The notes under the pieces were generated by a model. The model was not told the origin of the DNA. It searched no databases and saw only the letters and a program-made list of their open reading frames with translations. Made by a program: the position numbers and the translations under genes. Source: a virus (lineage: Duplodnaviria > Caudoviricetes). From it: 64,000 bases of DNA. Shown here piece after piece: positions 63,004 through 64,000 of this stretch; position 1 is the first letter of the stretch; each line of letters starts with the position of its first letter. The stretch covers positions 38,312-102,311 of the IMG/VR virus record IMGVR_UViG_3300013121_000038, one strand, 5' to 3'.

Positions 63004-63209
63004 TTGGTGCCTCTCTTCATCACCATGTGGCGAGAGATCTGGTTCTTCGCCGCCTGGTAGATGATCTCCATCACCGTCTTGAGAGGCTTCACCTCGTTGA
63101 GCTTCTTCCCCTGCGCAGCCTGGGTGCGGATGTACTCCAGCAGGCAGTACAGGCAGGGGTCTTCCTTGGTGTCAGGGACCTGGTGCTTCTGGCAGACGTC
63201 AGCGCTCAC
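63000..63209 (-). CDS. Small Cys/His protein
   Basis: CQKH...CLYC. Confidence 0.6.
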   Translation of the reverse strand: MSADVCQKHQVPDTKEDPCLYCLLEYIRTQAAQGKKLNEVKPLKTVMEIIYQAAKNQISRHMVMKRGTK

Positions 63210-63852
63210 GGCCCGCCTCCTTGTCGAGCGCCAGAAGCTGCTCGTTGGTCATGCGGTCGAACTCGTCCCCGTCCTTGGAGCTCCAGTCCTCCCACCCGTC
63301 CCCGTCGTCGTCGACGGCCTCCGCATCAAAGACCATGACGCCGCCGGCGTTGCAGTAGTCGGGCTTGATGTTGTGTTCGAGCTGGAACTTGTCGTACTCG
63401 GCCAGCACGTTGAGCAGGAGCCTGGCGACGGTGAGCGACGGCACCGGGACCTCGAACGGAGTGCCAGGGACCTGAGGGATCCACCAGACCTTCAGGTCCC
63501 CGTGCTTCGGTCCGTCCTTCGACGGCTTCTTCTTCATCGCCGCCTCGAACGCGCGGCCCCCAGCCGCGAAGGCCTCCTCCGGAGTCGGGACGACCTTGTC
63601 TCCGAAGACCGGGTGGGTGGCCTTGTAGAGTTTGGCCACACGCACCCGCACTCCCTCGCTGTAGTAGCCAGCGAAGTAGCCCAGGTTGGAGCGGGCCGTG
63701 TCGATGTCGAGGCCGGAAGCGACGTACGCGGCGAGGAACGCGCCGGCCTCGTCCTGGTCCCTGACGTCGATGGCGGCGTCGAAGATCTCCCCCATCGTGC
63801 GGAGCTGCTTCCCCTTCCACTGTACGGCGAACGGCTTCTTCTCAGCCGGCAT
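63199..63852 (-). CDS. Protein with a C-terminal P22 gp17-like domain
   Basis: LKVWWIPQVP-x2-PF-x-V...LAEYD-x-FQ-x3-NIKPDYCNAGG...W-x-DW matches my recollection of the P22 gp17 family. Confidence 0.75.
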   Translation of the reverse strand: MPAEKKPFAVQWKGKQLRTMGEIFDAAIDVRDQDEAGAFLAAYVASGLDIDTARSNLGYFAGYYSEGVRVRVAKLYKATHPVFGDKVVPTPEEAFAAGGRAFEAAMKKKPSKDGPKHGDLKVWWIPQVPGTPFEVPVPSLTVARLLLNVLAEYDKFQLEHNIKPDYCNAGGVMVFDAEAVDDDGDGWEDWSSKDGDEFDRMTNEQLLALDKEAGRER

Positions 63853-64000
63853 TGGCCGCCTTCGTCTTCCTGCTCTTCACGAGCTTGTCGATGTAGTTGC
63901 GAGCCTCCAGCGGGATGTGGCCCATGTCGTACTGGATGAGCTTCTCCAGGTAGTCGTCCGGGCACTCCGTGACGAGCTTCGCCGCGTGAATGCCGTGGTG
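63842..64000 (-). CDS. Partial CDS (5' end outside the window)
   Basis: Open frame HHGIHAAKLVTEC...KAANAG*. Confidence 0.55.
   Translation of the reverse strand, partial: HHGIHAAKLVTECPDDYLEKLIQYDMGHIPLEARNYIDKLVKSRKTKAANAG

Noticed and set aside
35052-64000. Long + strand ORFs over the early arm (e.g. 38587-39804, 50920-51981, 51690-52895)
   Set aside because: Shadows of tightly packed - strand genes that have RBSs and coupled stops and starts.
1-64000. Alternative genetic code
   Set aside because: TAA, TAG and TGA all terminate well-formed genes, and long structural genes are intact under code 11.
1-64000. tRNA or rRNA genes
   Set aside because: No cloverleaf with T-loop and acceptor stem recognised in intergenic gaps by eye; a tRNA scan would be needed to exclude them.

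Overview
High-GC (by eye about 65%) segment of a large, probably lytic myovirus-type tailed phage; no host housekeeping genes, integrase, tRNA, rRNA or CRISPR array were seen. Positions 1-35,000 are almost all + strand virion genes: a 5'-truncated prohead protease, scaffold/internal head proteins, head decoration protein, major capsid protein (5265-6404), neck and terminator proteins, tail sheath (12148-15471), an Ig-repeat protein, tail tube (16256-16975) and a 16 kb fibre/appendage cluster. No portal, terminase, tape measure or baseplate gene was recognised in the window. Positions 35,050-64,000 hold about 75 mostly short - strand genes of early/host-takeover type. Main observations: (1) head-module proteins look like polyproteins in which cationic glycine-zipper peptide cassettes are bracketed by K-x-[AS] motifs, and two cassette types recur in different genes, suggesting protease-released packaged cargo; (2) 15 copies of a promoter-like motif GCAA-N19-ATAAG and about 17 hairpin+TTAG(C) terminators divide 35-55 kb into transcription cassettes; (3) one cassette holds no plausible gene, only a ~125 nt structured RNA complementary to the ribosome-binding sites of several phage early genes; (4) a ~650 bp non-coding island at 46.7-47.4 kb carries repeated palindromes (origin, terminus or operator candidate). 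All product calls come from motif recognition by eye; no database search was run.
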